This document shows positions 1-14,590 of a stretch of 64,000 nt of DNA, in pieces. Each line of letters opens with the position of its first letter. Position 1 is the first letter of the stretch. The notes beneath the pieces are model-generated. The model worked only from the letters and a program-made list of their open reading frames with translations, had not been told where the DNA came from and made no database searches. The DNA comes from the human T2T-CHM13v2.0 reference genome, Homo sapiens: NCBI RefSeq assembly GCF_009914755.1, contig NC_060934.1; one strand, given 5' to 3'. The position numbers and the translations under genes are program-made.

Positions 1-180
1 CCCGAACCCGGCAGAACCGCCCCTCACGCCCCCGGCTTTGTCCCCGGCAGAGCCGCCTCCTCAAACCCCCGGCCTAGTCCGCAGGCGGGCTGCCCCCTCA
101 CAGCCCCGGCCTGCCCCGCGTGGGAGAAGCCGCGGTTCCGGGCACGGGGCGGTTTTTCCTCAGGGACGGAGCGGTCCGGG

Positions 181-269
181 ATGAGCACGGAGGGGCCTGG
201 GGATCCGAGAGCGCTGGCGTCCGCCGTCCTGGAGCTGCAGCGGCCCGTACGTGATTCGGGACTGAACAC
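181..269 (+). other. FBH1: Probable upstream alternative first exon of FBH1 (3' end at 269) carrying an out-of-frame uATG at 181
   Basis: Good donor CAC|GTAAGG at 270; transcription start not determinable from sequence. Confidence 0.5.
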
Positions 270-739
270 GTAAGGGAGTGGGGCGCGCCGCTACACCGCA
301 AAGCCCCAAAGTGGAGGGTCCGGGAGGGCGCGCACAGCCTCGCCCGGCGCCGTGCAGGGTGGCTCCTGAGGCAGCCAGGCCCAAGCGTGACCTGCCCCGC
401 ACGCGTCCTCAGGGCCGCCCCAGCCTCCAGCCCCTGGGGGCCGGCGTTCCTGGGCTCCGCCCCCGTCCCCGCCCCTCGACCGCCGCTGCTCCGCGGGGAC
501 TCGGGGAGCTCGAAGGAACTCTGGGAAAGTTTCCCGCTCCGCCCCGGCCCGAGCGGAAGCGCGGATGGGGCGTGGCCCGGTAGCTGTGGCCGCGCCCCCA
601 CCGATTGCGCATTTCGATTGGCGTTAGTGGCCGTCCGTCAGCACGCCCCCTCCGGTCTCGCGTCCCGATTGGTCGCGGGGGCCGTCAGTCCGGCTCCGGC
701 GGCGGGCGCTTCCCGGGGCTGCGGCGGGGCGGAGCTCGC

Positions 740-874
740 GGAGGAAGTCGGCGGGCGTCTCGGGCTCCAGGTCCCGGCCAGAGGAGGAGCTCGCTGCCGG
801 GGGACGCTGGGCTGAGCGGCCGGCGGCGCGGGCCCGGCGGCGGCGGCAGCGGGGTCCGGGTCCGGAGCGCCACA
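740..874 (+). CDS. FBH1: FBH1 main first exon: 5'UTR plus only the A (874) of the ATG; 5' boundary approximate
   Basis: Donor ACA|GTGCGT at 875; A + TG (13549) gives MRRFKRK; total CDS 3132 nt = 1043 aa. Confidence 0.8.
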
Positions 875-2086
875 GTGCGTGAGGCCGCAGACGTGGCAGG
901 GAGTGTGGGAGGGGCTCCGCCGTGTGGAAAACTTAACCTCCGGGGTCCTGCGCGGGGGGTCCGGGCCCGGGGTGGGGCAGCGGGGGCCCCGGGGGCGCGA
1001 GGCTGGGCTCGGGCAAGCGCGGGCGTGGGGGCTCGGCCGTCCGGGCCGTGGGCAGGTGGAGGGCGCGGCGGGGGTGCGCGGGGGAGGCCAGGGCGCTCAC
1101 TGAACTCGGTCGGGAGCGGCCCCCGCGCTGCCCCCCGAGGCCAGGAAGGCGCAGCGTGTGGGTCCTCGGGGCTGAAGGGGCAAGCGCGGGGACGTGGCCT
1201 CGGCTGCTAGGAGGCCAGGCTTTCCCGTCTACTCTGACGTTTTGACCTTGGGCAAGTCATTTTTCGCTGCCCTCTGCCCCTGTGTCATCGGTAGCTTCTC
1301 TGCCCCTCCTCTGAGCATGGGAAGCCTAAGGCGATGTGGGAGGCCTGGCGCTGGTGGAGGGCACGGCGAGAGCTGGGCAGGCTGTGGGTGATGGAAGAGA
1401 TCAGTAGGTGTTGGGTTCCTTACCCGATCTGATTAGGTGCCAGTCACTTAACCTCTCCATGTTTTCGATTCCTTTAGGGAGTAGAATGGGAGTAGCTCCT
1501 ATTTGCCAGGCCTAAAAACGAGTGCCGTTTACATTTTTTATTGCAGTCTGTGGTCCGAAGACAACCCTATGAGGCATCAGTAGGGTTTTACAGGTGGGGA
1601 AGTGGAGGCCTAACCAAGTCAGTGACTTTCTTACAGAATTACAGGTAATAAAGTCTTCTGGAAGGCAGGATGGTAGCATGTGTTGAGTGTCCGCCAGCGT
1701 CTGCCGCTGTGGTAAAATGAGCGGAGATAAATGAAAAGACTTCTGGAATGGGCCCATGAAGATAAGTCCGTTTTACTCATGAGCAGATTGAGTTTGGTTA
1801 AGGTAACAGTGATGTGGATAGCCTCTGGAGACAGAACTAGTCCAAGTACCAGCTTTGCTCAGGTTATTGTTCTGTCGTGCCTTGTCACTCCAGCAAAAGA
1901 AAAAAAGGAAGGCATAAAAGTTGTTTGAAATGCACAAAAGTGTAGGGCGTGCCAAGCAGTGTTCTGCTGCCGTTGAAGTTAGTGCAAATTGGAAGTTGAG
2001 GCATCTGGTAGCTTCATGCTTTTTGCTTTTACCCCTGCCCCTCTCCCAGTTTCAGATGACTATCTTCTCTTGCATTATGTCTCTAG

Positions 2087-2440
<354 letters not shown>

Positions 2441-3497
2441 GGTTGGAATATTTGAACCCAGGATAATTGGTTACTTCATTGGTGTTGCACATTCGATTCT
2501 GCCTCTTGTGTCTTCTCTATGAACCTTCTTTGCTCTGTATCCCCCTTTGGATAACTAAATGATAATGTATGTGAATCTGTCCCGCAGCTCCTGTGATTTT
2601 CTGAGGCAAAAGCTTGGTCTAGAGGGGCGGGATCTGAACAGTAAGCTAATGGATGGAGCTGTTTCCTGGGTCTTGCTGTTTTCCGGTTGGGCTGCTCATT
2701 TCTTTCGTGCAGACTTTTGGAGGTTGTGGTCTGGCCTTTACAGTCACGTCACATGTAGTCGTCATTGGCACCGACTTGCTCCTTGGCTGCCCTTCCTTTT
2801 CCTCCTGTTTTTCATGGGTATGCTGTTGAGCATGCCCATTGGTACACTGATCATTTGACAGGTTTCGTGATTTGTGAGTGTGTGTAGACACCACTATTGG
2901 TATTAGATTTAGAATTCTAATTTTGGGTTTGTTGACATCATCTTTTTGCTGCTTATCTCATTCCTCTATCCCTCCTAGGCTGATTTTATTTGGAAACTGA
3001 ATTTGGATTCCATCTTTGCCTTTCTGGCTGTGAAATTACCTACTTTTAGAAAGCATCTCAAATCTTATATCTGTAACTGTCATTCACATGCCTTTTGAAG
3101 ACCAGTCTCAGATTTCAGAGGACCTCCTGGAGCATAAACATGGTATTCCACAGATAACTTAAAGCCAGAAATTATTTTTAAAACTAGGACTTTCAGCCTC
3201 CCTCTCACTCCGGGGGAAAAAGTGATTAAAACACAAACACTGTTTCTCTTTTATTCCTTAACATGGTTAATGACATTAACATCTCTTTGAATGTTCTACT
3301 AGAAATGCCAGTTATCCTTGTTGCTCTTTATCTTTTATCTTTCTGTCTTGTCAAACAAAGCCATGTTCTTATGCACCTGCAGGGTCTGCTACTCTCAGGC
3401 CTTTGCCAATTCTCACATAGGTTGATATGGTGGCTTTCTGAGTTGTTTTCCTGACAATCTCCATGTCTCTCCACCTTCTATCCTCTCTCCCGAGTCA

Positions 3498-3887
<390 letters not shown>

Positions 3888-4954
3888 CTACCTGATAAAG
3901 TCCAATTTCTTTTTTTGAAGCCCAATTTCTTTATCATTATGTGTAAGGACCTTTGTAGTCTGTGGCTCCAAATTCCTTTTCCAGCCTTATCTCCTGTCAT
4001 TCCTCATCAGGGAACCTCTTGTTTTGATGAAGCCCAGCTTTCCTGCCACTCTAGTGCATTGTTAATGCCTCTGTATTTTTGCACACATTGTTTCCTTCCG
4101 CCTTACTGAATCCCATGATTCTTTCAAGACTCAACTCTTCGTGAAGCCTTTTTCAACTTGCCTAACTCTATTTATGTTTCTTTACTATCATAACACTTCA
4201 TGCATGCATTTATGTAGTTGTTATATTACTTTATCTTTAGTAACTTGTGTTTGTTTTGGTAGCTGCCTTATGGGTAGGCTTATTCACTTTTGTATCACTA
4301 ATGTCTAAAATAGCATTTAACACCAAGGATACCATAAGACAAAGCTCTCATGGAGTTTAAAATGAATCTGGGACATAGCAGATACGTAAAAGTAGTTGTG
4401 GAATGAATTGACTGTAGAAAAAGCCTTTCAAATATATAAAATTATATTCTAGACCATAAGTAGTGATCTTTCTCTTGTTTTTCAAACATTCCTTTCTTTC
4501 TTTAGGAAAAACATAGAACGGAAAGCCCAGCCCATCCTTGTTGGCTGTCATACACGAGTGCTGTCTCCAAGGGAGTCACAGGTGTCTCAGATGTGAGAGG
4601 ATCCCGGGGAGATTGAGCTTACTGCCTGGGAACTTTTGGATTTCTGGAGAAGCAGGCTGTGGTAGCCTGGCTCTGCGTCAGTGAATACCTGGGAAAGGAG
4701 CTGGAGCTCTATTTTGCTTGCTTTCTGCATTCGTTTCTTTTAGAGCTAATGGGGACACAATATTTTGAAGTTTTTCCATTTCGGGTCTACAGCATTTAGT
4801 GGTATTTTCCTTATAGTTATGTTTTCCAAATACTTCTCAATTTCTTTGGTTCTGACATTTCACAATGATTTTAAAAAAATGTAATATGGAAATTAAACTT
4901 GAGGTTTTCAGAAGCTGCTTTCAAGGTGTCTAGATACAGAGTGAAGAATGTCAC

Positions 4955-5140
4955 AGTAGGAAGTGCACTGGACTAGGGGAGTCAGGAGACGCGGGTTCTT
5001 GTGTTGGCACCATCACTCATGAGCTACGAGGTGACTTCAGGCAAGTCCTCTCTGAGCCCCAGCTTAATCATGGCACAATTGTAGGATTGCTTTGAGGGTC
5101 AGACGAGAATATAGGAAAGAACTGCAAAAGCTGTAAAGCA
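4955..5140 (+). mobile_element. MIR SINE hosting the FBH1 long-isoform ATG and GC donor
   Basis: GCACTGGACTAGGGGAGTCAGGAGAC.CGGGTTC...GTGACTTCAGGCAAGTC-CTCTCTGAGCCCCAG matches MIR head and core. Confidence 0.7.
5019..5040 (+). CDS. FBH1: FBH1 long-isoform first coding exon (MSYEVTS-G), GC donor
   Basis: ATG at 5019; CAG|GCAAGT donor; joins in frame to 5585; matches the recalled N-extended isoform MSYEVTSGCHWTCQ... Confidence 0.75.
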
Positions 5141-5584
5141 CTTAGGAGCTCTGGGAGAGTTGAGAGCTTCAAAGCCAAGGAAGACAGCCCACACTTCAGA
5201 AGAAGTGCTGCAGCTGCACATTTGTTCGTTTAATCAGGAATTGTTTATGAAGCAATGTGTGTTACATGCTGGGTGTGAGTACCTCTCTACTCCTTCCCAC
5301 TAGAGCAGAGAGCTTTTAGTCTGGGATGGAAGACGTATTAAATACAGACTTATACAAATAATTGTTATTAATATAATATGTAATACAGTGCAATTAAAAA
5401 CAATAATTCATATAAGACACATGTTAAATGCACACTTACACAAAGAATTGTTACAAGTATCTCGGGTGTACAGGGCGGTTTTATTCCTGCGAAGTGCTTC
5501 CTGGCTTGAGTGAATACTTTTATGGTGCTGGAGTTGAGAGATAACACAGTTAACTGTTGAAATTGGGCCATTCCCGTTTCACAG

Positions 5585-5716
5585 GCTGCCATTGGACCTG
5601 TCAAGTGCCTGAGTCATGTGATAATGGGCTACATTGCGCAGGGCCCCTGGGCCATCTCCACAGGAGATGCCAGAGGACGAGTGCCCACTTGCTGGTCTTC
5701 ACAGAGCACGCTGAAA
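5585..5716 (+). CDS. FBH1: FBH1 long-isoform second exon (GCHWTCQVPESCDNGLHCAGPLGHLHRRCQRTSAHLLVFTEHAE + A of ATG)
   Basis: tttcacag acceptor, AAA|GTAAGA donor; 132 nt; long isoform 1094 aa. Confidence 0.8.
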
Positions 5717-6054
5717 GTAAGAGGCATGTGGGAAACTGACCAGGGCGGTTAGCTGACTCCAAAATTGTCCAGATTAGCAAAACTGCCCTCTGTGGATCTT
5801 TGTTAAAGTTGGGTATGGTATTGTAGCAGTTTCTCCAGTCAGGTACCTTGTACTAGCGAGTCAACTTGATTTTTTTTTGAAAAAGCAATTATTTAATAAT
5901 AATATTTACTTCCAGGAATTCTAGGTACTTATTGTCTTCATCTTGTCCATTTAGGTCTGTAACCTAAAAGTTTTAAAGGACTTTTTGGTATGAATTCTGA
6001 TTAGTAAAGGTAGAGGAAGAAAGGAAATTATTTGGTATCCATTTCAAATGATCC

Positions 6055-6480
6055 TGAATGGTTAGGGTAAGCTTTGCTGCAGTGACAAATAGATCCAGAC
6101 ATGTAATGGCCTCACAATAGACGTTTATTTTTCAATCCCATAACAATCTAAGGAGGCTACAGGTCATGGTGGTGGTTGGAGTTTGTGTGTGTAGGTGTGG
6201 GGAGGGAGGGTTCTTTTTAAAGCAGTAGTCCGAGGATTGAGGCTGCTGGAGGCTCTTCTATTTTGAACACCCGGCTTCTAAGGATGTCCTGGGAATCAGC
6301 TTCCCAGTTAAGGGGAAGAGGAGAAGAGTGGAGGGCAGGTCTGGAAGAGGCGTGTGCTGCTGCTGTTCCCATTGCATTGGCTGGCACCCAGCGGTAAGGC
6401 GACATCCACCTGCACGCAGGACTGGGAAGTATAGCCCAGCTGTGTGCTCAGGGAGAAGAGCAACAACATTCTTTGCAGCA
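6055..6480. mobile_element. Old MaLR (MLT1-like) LTR remnant
   Basis: GCTGCAGTGACAAA...GTTTATTTTTC start and CTGGGAAGTATAG...TGTGTGCTCAGG end pattern. Confidence 0.45.
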
Positions 6481-7899
6481 AAACCTGAAACACTCAGTTT
6501 CACTTTCTGTGACTTGTTTTGTAAGTTGTTTTCAATAAAGAAGATTAAAAAAAGAAGCCAGGCAAATGAAAGCATAGGGGAGGAGTGGCAGACACGCAGT
6601 TCTCACTCTGCGACTGCAGGAGTGTCTCTTGTTTCCCCCTTGTGCACTTTGAGGAATGAGGGGATAGACGTGGTCCCTTCCTTTTAGTTCCCCGTAGCAG
6701 AGTTCTTGTAAGGACTCGTTCAGGGGAGACTGATAAGGGTCTCATCTCCATCGGGGGACCTCACCAGGGCATGGAGTGGGTCAGAGTGGGCTGGGAGGGG
6801 ATAGACTGTCATCAAGGTGAAGAGATTTGAGGGGTGGTGGAGGGCTAAACTCCAGATCTGACCACTTCAAAGTCAGCAAAGGCCAGGAATTGCTGGGGTA
6901 GGGCTAAAAGCTGAGGGTTAGCAAAGAGAGGTGGGTCCTGGAATGGGGACCCCTGGGGTGGAGGACAGAGAAGTCACACTGTTAGAAAGCCGTCACAGAA
7001 AAGGCAGTGTGGGAATGAGCTTACTTAAGCCTAGGGAATATTCATTTGACAAAATGGTTTGTGTACATTCTGGTTTTTCTACCCTGACACCTGAGGGCTC
7101 TAACACATTTCTGTTGGTTATTGTGGAAGAGAGTGTCCAAGGGTGGGAGCACAGATGCCGAATTTGGTGTGTAGGAGACCAATTTCAACAACTCTGGGGG
7201 CCTTGTAGAGTTTGCAAAGCCCCGTAAGTGATTCTAATCTCTCTGCACCCACAAGAACCCCTAGTTTAGACACAGCTTCCCTTTATCTGTGGTCATTCAC
7301 CACAGATAATTTCATTCCCTAAAGAATCACAAGCAGCTTCTAACAGTAAATGCCCTTTACAGGAGGTGTAAAGTGCACTTGCTGTGTAGAGAGGGAGGCA
7401 TACCATGAGCTTTGCGTGACTCAGGGAAGGAGGATTTTTATGGAAGAAGTAGCATTTGAGCATTCTTATTTTGATAAAGTTATTTTTGAACTGCTTTTTA
7501 AAAAGGTATATTAATAAGAATAGAAGGGTGATTAGAATTCTAGTGTAGTGTTTTGGTTTTATTTTTAACCATTTAGCAAGAACATTAATGCTATTAAAAC
7601 TGATGTGCCTTAGGAGACCCTCAGGTTGGTGTGGTAGTCACATATTTCTTCTGACGTTTCTGTTGCTAGGTGTTGACATAGATTTAGAGATAGGTGTTGT
7701 CACCCTCAATGTGGGTGGCTTGAGTACTTACATATATATTGTCTCATTCTCTGAATTCAGCATGGCAGGTTATTATAATCCTCGTTTTCATAAGCAAGGC
7801 TTTGGCGATGAATATACCTGCCAAGTGTGGGTCTTCTCCTGCACCCCACAGCCTCGGAGGGGCTTTAAGGGAACATTAAGTGTAAAGCGTGTAATTGCA

Positions 7900-7949
7900 G
7901 AGGAGGTGGACACAGGGCTCCTGTGGAGGAGGTGGACACAGGGCTCCTG
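7900..7949 (+). repeat. Two-copy tandem repeat, 26-bp period (GAGGAGGTGGACACAGGGCTCCTG)
   Basis: Seen directly. Confidence 0.9.
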
Positions 7950-8654
7950 GCTCCCAGTTCAGAGCATCACAGCACCTCTCTCTGAGACCAGAGATACAGT
8001 TTAGTTTTCCTGACCTCCAGCTGACGTTAGAAAAGTTATTTTTGATACATATATCCAATAAGTCCAAGGGGTGGGGAATCCAATAAAAGTGTTAATAAAA
8101 ATCCAATAAAAGTACCAGCTCTCCCGCCAGCCAAACTATGGCTGGTAACGCCATTCCAGTTATATAGGTTACTTATCTTAGTGCACAGAGGCCAGATCAC
8201 CAGTCTAAGCGCCCCTCCCCCGGTACCGAACCTCAGTTCCTCCCAGGGTGGCTTCATGCCAGAACATATTGGAATATACCGGGACTCCCTTGAAGCAGAA
8301 CACAGTGTTCCAACACTCCCATTAGCACTTTCTGTTACTCCTGTGTCTTTGTTAGATTTCTGCAAACACTTAATCTTCGCAACAAGCATTTTGAATTCAG
8401 ACGTATTTTCTGAGATAAATACATAAATAAAAATCTATCCTGTTCATATTACCTTTTCCAAAGCAGTTCCCTTTGGGACTGAACATTTTTGATGTTCTGT
8501 CATCAGTCTGTTGTGAGCTACCAGGGAGGTCTCCCTGTGGGAGCAGTTCTGTAGTATATTCCTAGGGATTAGAGTGTAGGCTCCTGGACCTCCCAGCCGA
8601 ATTCTTCTCCCTGCTCCTCATCCTTCTTGACCCACTCAGTATTCACAGAACGTG

Positions 8655-9325
<671 letters not shown>

Positions 9326-9831
9326 AGACTATATGTCTGGCCCCACGCTATCTACATACAGAGTTACAGCAGTGAACCAGGTGGGCTAGCTGCTTACCTT
9401 GGGGCATGCTTACTGTCTTTTCGACTCTCAGGCATGTGATGAGACATCTCCATCTCATTGATGGTCATTATCAATGCACCGTTGTTACAGTGAGGTGGCT
9501 GCAGAAGGCTTCGATAAAGCCATTCTTACATACTTCACAAAAAACGTTCCAGGGTTCACCCTGCATGTGTAGGTACCTCTTCTATACAAATCTGCCAGCC
9601 TCTGTTTGTAGCTGTTTCCAAAAGCCAAATGTAGAAGGCCATCATAGATTTGGGTGGGCATCAGACCCTTCAACTGAGCCTGATTTTCTCACTGGCTATG
9701 TGCCTTTTCGTTGACTTTCAGAAGCCTTCGGTACCTGACACACCATTCAGCTAAGCAGGCCTGCAGCTGGCCTGAGGTCCTGGGTCTCAGATATGAGTGG
9801 TTTGATGTTGATCTTGCTCCTTTGTGATTTT

Positions 9832-9865
9832 TTGTTTTGTTTGTTTTGTTTTGTTTTGTTTTTTT
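9832..9865 (+). repeat. (GTTTT)n microsatellite
   Basis: Seen directly. Confidence 0.8.
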
Positions 9866-10848
9866 CCTTCATGATTTTATCCATGAAAGCTTTTCTTCTC
9901 CAGGCCATTGTGGCAGTAGATGTTCACCTCCTATTTAAGTGAGATATTCACTCTTGGTAACTTTCTTTAGTGAGTGTCTCCAGTTATTTATTTTATTTTT
10001 TTCCTTTTTTCCTTACCCTTCATCAGGACACATAGTGTCTCCAGTTCTAATTGTAGATACTGTACTGACCAGCTCTGAAGCAATTGGGACTGTTTGAGGA
10101 GAGAGAAAAGCAGGCATGAGTCCACTCTGTTGGATCTATAGGGCCTGTGGATTTGCTGCCCGGAGTCCTGCAGCTGCTCCTGCTGTTGAGCATTGTGTGG
10201 GGCACCTCACCCAGGATTTTCGGGTGTTCTGGAAGCCATGTTGCCGCTCTACCTGTCTCTTTTGCAGATATGCCCAGAGGTCCCCATTCAGGCAAAATAG
10301 TCCTTGCGTTATATTTGTAATATGAAGGGTTTTGAACACAGGAAATAAAATTTCATCTTATTTTTTAAAAAGAGAACAACAAGACTTTGTTTTCTTTCCA
10401 ATGTAGAAAACTTCAAATTTAGTTTTTAATGTAGAGAAACTTCACATTCATATTTTGTTTCTGTGTGAATAAGATGATTTGCTGTTGTTTTCCTCTAAAT
10501 AAACTGGTCAGCAACATTACAGAACCAGCACAAACCAGCACAAAACCATCAAAGTGGAGGGGGTGTTTGCTTTTCTGTTCATAATAAGCGAGACATGTTA
10601 CTGGTTAGTTTAGAAGGTATTTCCAGTAATACAGAATTGGCTGTATTTGGGCTGCTAATACACTTCCTGCTTTGCCATTAGGTGGCATCTTTATAATTTG
10701 AAGGATATTTCAATGTCTTAGGCAGGCTACTCACATAAGCCTTGTTAAATAGAGGAAACAGGTAAGTTTGTATGCATGCAGTTGGATAATTTGACAGACA
10801 GTTTTGAGCATATTTTCTCATCTGTTCCTGATGACACTTATCAGACTT

Positions 10849-10888
10849 AGATGAGATTGGGCGCGTTCAGGGTGGTATGGCCGTAGAC
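10849..10888 (-). pseudogene. 5S rRNA 5' fragment (about 40 nt), tailless retropseudogene
   Basis: Reverse complement GTCTACGGCCATACCACCCTGAACGCGCCCAATCTCATCT; direct repeats TATCAGACTTAGA at 10839-10851 and 10890-10902. Confidence 0.9.
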
Positions 10889-11344
10889 CTATCAGACTTA
10901 GAGACCTGAGGTGCCCTGAAGCCATAGAGCAACCAAGTGGCCAGCTGAGGGTGCCAGCCCAGCCCTCCCGCCAGGCCCTCGCCGGCTCACCACGCTGCGC
11001 TGTGCTGCTTCGTGAGAGTGAGCGCATCTGTGATTGCTGAGGCCTGGCGCTCATGGGGTTGCACCCAGCTTCTGAGTTCAGGTAGTTAGACGATTTCCAG
11101 CGTCCTTTCAGAGGGGCTCTCAGAACTGCTTTTGTTTGTAGAATTGATTTTGGAAAAGTCTTAAAATATTCATGAAGTTTTTTTTTAAAAAAGCTGGTAT
11201 TAAACCTTGAAAAAGTTAACTGAAATTTGGAAGGGTGATTTCTGAATTAGCTAGGGAGGAATAATGAAAAAATATTATAAACTATATCAGCTAAATCACT
11301 GGGGTCTTGGCTTTATGTATTTTCAAGCTTAAAGGAAATGTCAA

Positions 11345-11650
11345 GCTGGGCACAGTGGCTCACATCTGTAATCCCAGCACTTTGGGAGGCCGAGGTGGAC
11401 GGATCACTTGAGGCCAGGAGTTCGAGACCAGCCTGGCCAACATAGTAAAACCCCGTCTCTACTAAAGATACAAAAGTTAGCTGGGTGTGGTGGAGGGGGC
11501 CTGTAGTCCCAGCTACTTGGGAGGCCAAGGCAAGAAAATCACTTGAACCCAAGAGGTGAATGTTGCAGTGAGCCAAGATTGTGTCACTGTGCTCCAGCCT
11601 AAGCAACAGAGGGAGACTCTGTCTCAAAAAAAGAAAAAAGAAAAAAAAAG
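11345..11650 (+). mobile_element. Alu
   Basis: Full dimer with A tail. Confidence 0.95.
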
Positions 11651-11705
11651 AAATGTTGAGTGAGATTCTGGCATTTGATACCATAGTTTAGTGGTGGAGT
11701 ATTCT

Positions 11706-12050
<345 letters not shown>

Positions 12051-12082
12051 TGACCATCTCCTATAAAGGCTAACTTTAATTC

Positions 12083-12393
12083 TTTTTTTTCTTTTTCTTT
12101 TTTTTTTTTTTTTGAGATGGAGTTGTACTCTCGTCCAGGCTGGAGTGCAATGGCACAATCTTGGGTCACTACAACCTCCGCCTCCCGGGTTCAAGTGATT
12201 CTTGGGCCTCAGCCTCCTGAGTAGCTGGGGTTACAGGTGCCCACCACCACACCTGGCTGATTTTTATATTTTTAGTAGAGATGGGGTTTCACCATGTTGC
12301 CAGGCTGGTCTTGAGCTCTAGACCTCAAGTGATCCACCCATCTTGGCCTCTCAAAGTGCTGGGATTACAGGCGTGAGCCACTGCACCTGACCT
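12083..12393 (-). mobile_element. Alu
   Basis: Full dimer. Confidence 0.95.
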
Positions 12394-12863
12394 AATTCTT
12401 ATTTTTTAAGAAGTGTATCTTTACATTTTAGTGTTTCATGCCATAAGGAGGTAGCTAGATCTTACATGCAGTAACAGATGCAGAAGCATGGAGAGTCTTG
12501 GTTACACATGGATAAGAATTACCTGAAAGAAGATGAGTAATACAAAACCAAGTATTTCAGTACCGTTGAAACAAAATTCTAGGCGCAATTGTTGCTGTAG
12601 TGTTTTGCTAAGGGAAGATATGAAGTTTTCTCCTCTAAAGGTCCTGAAAAGGAATTGGCTTCTCTTCCATTTGGGGGCTGGGGGAGTCGCTCCTGTCCTT
12701 TCAAGTCAGTTCTCAATACCAAGGGGCTCGGGGGGCTGAGACATGTGTGCCCTTTGGTCCTTCTTTCAAGGAAACTGCAGCCTGTTTTATTATCATGACG
12801 TTTTGCTTCTAGTTATGTGCTTTTCATGTTATGTGCTTTTTACTACAATTAAAAAAAATTTAA

Positions 12864-13258
<395 letters not shown>

Positions 13259-13548
13259 CAACGTTTTCTTAAATGAGCATTTCATGACCAAGTCTTCTAG
13301 AAAGTATAAGTAGAAAAAAAAACTTAAGATCTTAAAATGTCACTTAGGATTCTTCAATTCTAAGGAAGAAAAATGCGAAGAAATTGAAAGGACAAAGTTG
13401 GGGGGCAAGGGGAGGGGGGAACGGTTGGCTGGGGTGTTGACAAAATCGTGTCACTATGCAGAAACTTGAGTATAATGTGCTGGCTAGCTTGTAGAATCGG
13501 TGATAACTAATGAATATCCCCTTTCTTCTACCTGCTGGTATGAAACAG

Positions 13549-13704
13549 TGAGACGGTTTAAGCGGAAGCATCTTACTGCCATTGACTGCCAGCATTTGGC
13601 TCGGAGTCACTTGGCTGTGACCCAGCCCTTCGGTCAAAGATGGACAAACAGAGATCCGAACCATGGTCTCTATCCTAAACCGAGAACAAAAAGAGGGAGT
13701 AGGG
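13549..13704 (+). CDS. FBH1: FBH1 exon 2 ((M)[14 protein letters not shown]...KRGSR)
   Basis: acag|TG acceptor, G|GTATGT donor, 156 nt, phase-consistent. Confidence 0.93.
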
Positions 13705-13859
13705 GTATGTCTCCTCTAAAACTCTTGCATTTCAAAACCTGTAGTGTGTGGGTCCTTTGACTATCTCCTAGTTTAAAAGTATTTGTAAATGTTGCTGCTG
13801 TGAGTTTGTAGTCTTCATGCAATAGCTTGACACTTTTTTTATTGTGAGTTTTCCATGAA

Positions 13860-14158
<299 letters not shown>

Positions 14159-14590
14159 GAGTTTTCCATGAAAATTCTATCCTATTATCATAGTTTGTAA
14201 AAGCTGTGGACAAGTGTGATGGAATGAATCCTATTAGCTTGTGTAATTATAAAGTGATAGAAGACATGAGCCAGTGTCACTCTTATTCCAATCCAGAAAC
14301 ACTGAGATTAGTTGACTCTTCATTCATCTTCTCTGTCCAATCTGTCACTAGGTCCATGTGTCATTGTTTTTCCTCCAAAATATTCCTTCATCCTGAGCTC
14401 TTTGTCACCTAGGACCTGGACTACTACAGTAACCTTGCTCCTTGACTTCAGATTTTATCTCTGCTAAATCAACTGGAATGTCCCCACTATGTACCAAATG
14501 AATTCCCACTTTAGTTAATAAATCTAGATTGCCTTATTTCCCTTTGATACAACTAATTTCAGAATTCAACTCAAATATTATCTGGTTGTC

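Larger units (their letters stand above)
1..1260. promoter_or_regulatory. CpG island / TATA-less promoter of FBH1 (from recall, shared head-to-head with ANKRD16, whose CDS is not in the window)
   Basis: Very high GC and CpG density; reverse CCAAT boxes ATTGG at 617-621 and 668-672; GC boxes; GGAAGT ETS-like core near 743; two splice donors (270, 875). Confidence 0.9.

Noticed and set aside
628-873. Stop-free frame upstream of and in frame with the split ATG
   Set aside because: No ATG or convincing near-cognate start; expected by chance at this GC content.
24-1391. Many 60-200 aa ORFs on both strands in the CpG island
   Set aside because: GC-rich sequence is poor in stop codons; Gly/Arg/Pro/Ala low-complexity products with no recognisable domain. 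The ANKRD16 CDS is not in the window.
10818-10850. CTGATGA...ATCAG resembling a C/D snoRNA box
   Set aside because: No proper RUGAUGA...CUGA pair with terminal stem; adjacent repeats are explained by the 5S insertion TSD.
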